Below, one piece after another: positions 27,501-29,292 of a stretch of DNA of 29,292 nucleotides (position 1 is its first letter; each line of letters begins with the position of its first letter). The stretch lies in the NCBI GenBank assembly GCA_000388065.2, contig KB932210.1; one strand, 5' to 3'. Source of the DNA: Fonticula alba ATCC 38817. Taxonomy: Eukaryota; Protista; Nucleariida. A program made the translations under genes and the position numbers. Under the pieces are notes generated by a model, which was given only the letters and a program-made list of their open reading frames with translations, did not search any database and was not told the origin of the DNA.

Positions 27501-29292
27501 TCGGAGGACCCGCGCGCCGAGGCGGCCCTCCTGGGCCCGGTGACCCAGGACCCGGCCACGAACCGCCTCGAGCCGGTGGTCGTCCCCACCCCCGGCCGGG
27601 ACAGCGCGTCCGAGCTCTTCCTCACGGGGCTGACCCCGGGCAGCGCGTTGGACGAGGTGGTCTGGCGGGCGGTGCACATACCAATCGGCGGCGCGCCGCT
27701 CCATGGCCGGACCTCGGACCTGCATGGCCCGGCGCTGGACCTCGCCAACCTGCCCTCGTCCGTGGGCTGGCACAAGGTCCTGCCCCTGGACCTGGGCCTG
27801 CCCGGCTTCCCCGGGGGCCTGGTCCTGGTCACCCCGGACGCCATCTGGCTCTCGGTGCTGGGCTGCCCGCCCGGCGCTCGGATATGCGTCCTGCGGAAGC
27901 CCACAAAGGTGACATACGACGCCCCCCTTTCCTGGCCCTCGAACATGGGCCCGATCCGGCTGCCGGGCCATTTGCAGCCGGTCACCCCGCTGGGCGGGCC
28001 CCTGGCCGGGCAGACTGCCCTGGAGCAGGTGCATCTCATGCTCCACGCGCCCGGCTTCACGCCCACGGGGCTGGGCCTCGGCATGGACCGCTGCCCGGGC
28101 GGGACCTTCGGCCCTGACTGCCTCCCCTGTGCCGAGGTGTGTGCCACGTGCACCGGGCCAGACCCGGAGGATTGCACGGCCTGCTGGCTGGCCCTGCCCG
28201 ACGACCCGCAAGGGTGTGTGAGCACCTGCCCGCCGGGCCTGCGCCCGGACCTGGCCCTGGGCCTGTGCCAATGTCAGATGGATTGCGCCGGCTGCCACCT
28301 GGACCCCGGCGGGTCGGGGCAGTTCATTTGCCACGCCTGCCCGCCGGGGATGGCTCTGCCCGTGGCCCAGCCGCTGCCCTCCCAGTGCCACGCGTGTCAC
28401 TCCTCCTGCAGCGAGTGCCACCTCCCGGGCGACCCCGGCGCGTGCAGCGCCTGCCCCGAGGGCAAGGCGCTGCACTCGGGCCAGTGTGTGCCCCGCTGCC
28501 CGGCCGGCATGACCGCCGATCCGGCCCAGCGCCTGTGCATCCCCTGCCCGGTGCCTGGCTGCCTCCGGTGCGGCGACACCCAGTGGGATGTCTGCGACGC
28601 CTGCCAGCCGGGGGACTTCTTGGATGCCGGCACCAACCGGTGTCTTTCCTGCGATCCGTCGTGCGTGGACTGCAGCGGCTCCGCTGCCTGCACCACCTGC
28701 CGGAGCAACTTGGTATTCCTGGCGACCGAAAGCTCGACGCCCTCGCTGTGCGGCAGCACCTGCGCCCCGGGCGAGTATGTCGGCGCTGGCCGATGCGCCG
28801 CGTGCGATGGGTCTTGCGCCCTGTGCGCCCAGGCGGCCGACCGGTGCCTGGTGTGTGCGGCCGGCTTCCGCTGGTCCGGCCCCGCGCCGGCGGCCGGCGC
28901 CACCGCCGCATGCGTCCCCTGTGATCCTGGGTGCGCCTCCTGCAGGGCGGACGGCTGCCTGGTGTGCGGGGCCGGCCTCGTGCTGGGCCCCAACGGGCAG
29001 TGTATCGCCGACTGTCCGGCCGGGATGTTCAGCAACGGCGAGTCGTGCCAGCTGTGCGACGTCAGCTGCCGGACGTGCGCCGGCGGCGGGGCCGACCAGT
29101 GCACCGGCTGCGGCACGGGGCTGGAGCTTGTCGAGGCGGCCCCCGGCGTGGGGACCTGCGTGTCCGGCTGCCCGGCGGGCCAGTACCGTGCCGGTGTTGA
29201 ATGCCTGCCCTGCGACGCGGCCTGCGCCACGTGCAACGGCCCAACCGATAAGGACTGCTGGCAGTGCGCCGGGGCCGTGCTGCAGGGCGACG
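24583..29292 (+). CDS. Receptor kinase gene 4, 5' part; exon 1 24583-25972, exon 2 from 26617 to beyond the window end
   Basis: Signal peptide MHVGVRRAPVPPPGLLVCLLLLVLGAAHHVVLG; domain A ends FLCPVDRSIDC. Exon 2 opens D-VLCQPCPGHMCSAC; spot checks at its start and end show the same open frame, with domain B and the CNGPTDKDCW Cys repeats shared with genes 2 and 3. TM and kinase are inferred to lie outside the window. Confidence 0.85.
25973..26616 (+). other. Gene 4 intron 1 (644 nt, phase 1)
   Basis: Donor GTGTGT, acceptor AACAG. Removal bypasses the stop at 26035-26037 and joins at the same protein position as in genes 2 and 3. Confidence 0.82.
26157..26395 (+). repeat. ~12 copies of the 16-bp unit TGTGTGTGTATG(C/T)TGC within gene 4 intron 1
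   Basis: Read directly; source of the VCVCMLLCVYAA and HTHSSIHTQQ ORFs. Confidence 0.9.

Overview
Very GC-rich eukaryotic genomic DNA with spliceosomal GT-AG introns, four N gaps and long poly-C/G tracts; the gene style suggests a protist such as Fonticula alba (inference from recall, not verified). The window holds a same-strand tandem array of four paralogous giant single-pass receptor kinases. Their shared layout is signal peptide, divergent domain A, phase-1 intron, Cys-rich repeats, divergent domain B, long CxxC/furin-like repeat stalk, TM helix and TKL-like Ser/Thr kinase. Gene 1 is present only as its 3' end (1-1032), gene 2 spans 2389-9235+ with gaps, gene 3 is complete (10730-17621, 5 exons, 2087 aa) and gene 4 runs off the window (24583-29292+). 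Between genes 3 and 4 lie two identical tRNA-Val(AAC) genes on the minus strand. Directly upstream of the second is a ~3.9 kb, less GC-rich element whose 756-aa ORF fuses an unknown, possibly Gag-like N-terminus straight onto a retroviral-type D,D(35)E integrase core. It has no protease, RT, RNase H or HHCC finger and no matching LTR or TIR pair. An Illumina adapter embedded in gene 2 (3580-3597) creates a false 149-bp duplication and frameshift. Most other ORFs in the track are GC-rich shadow frames.
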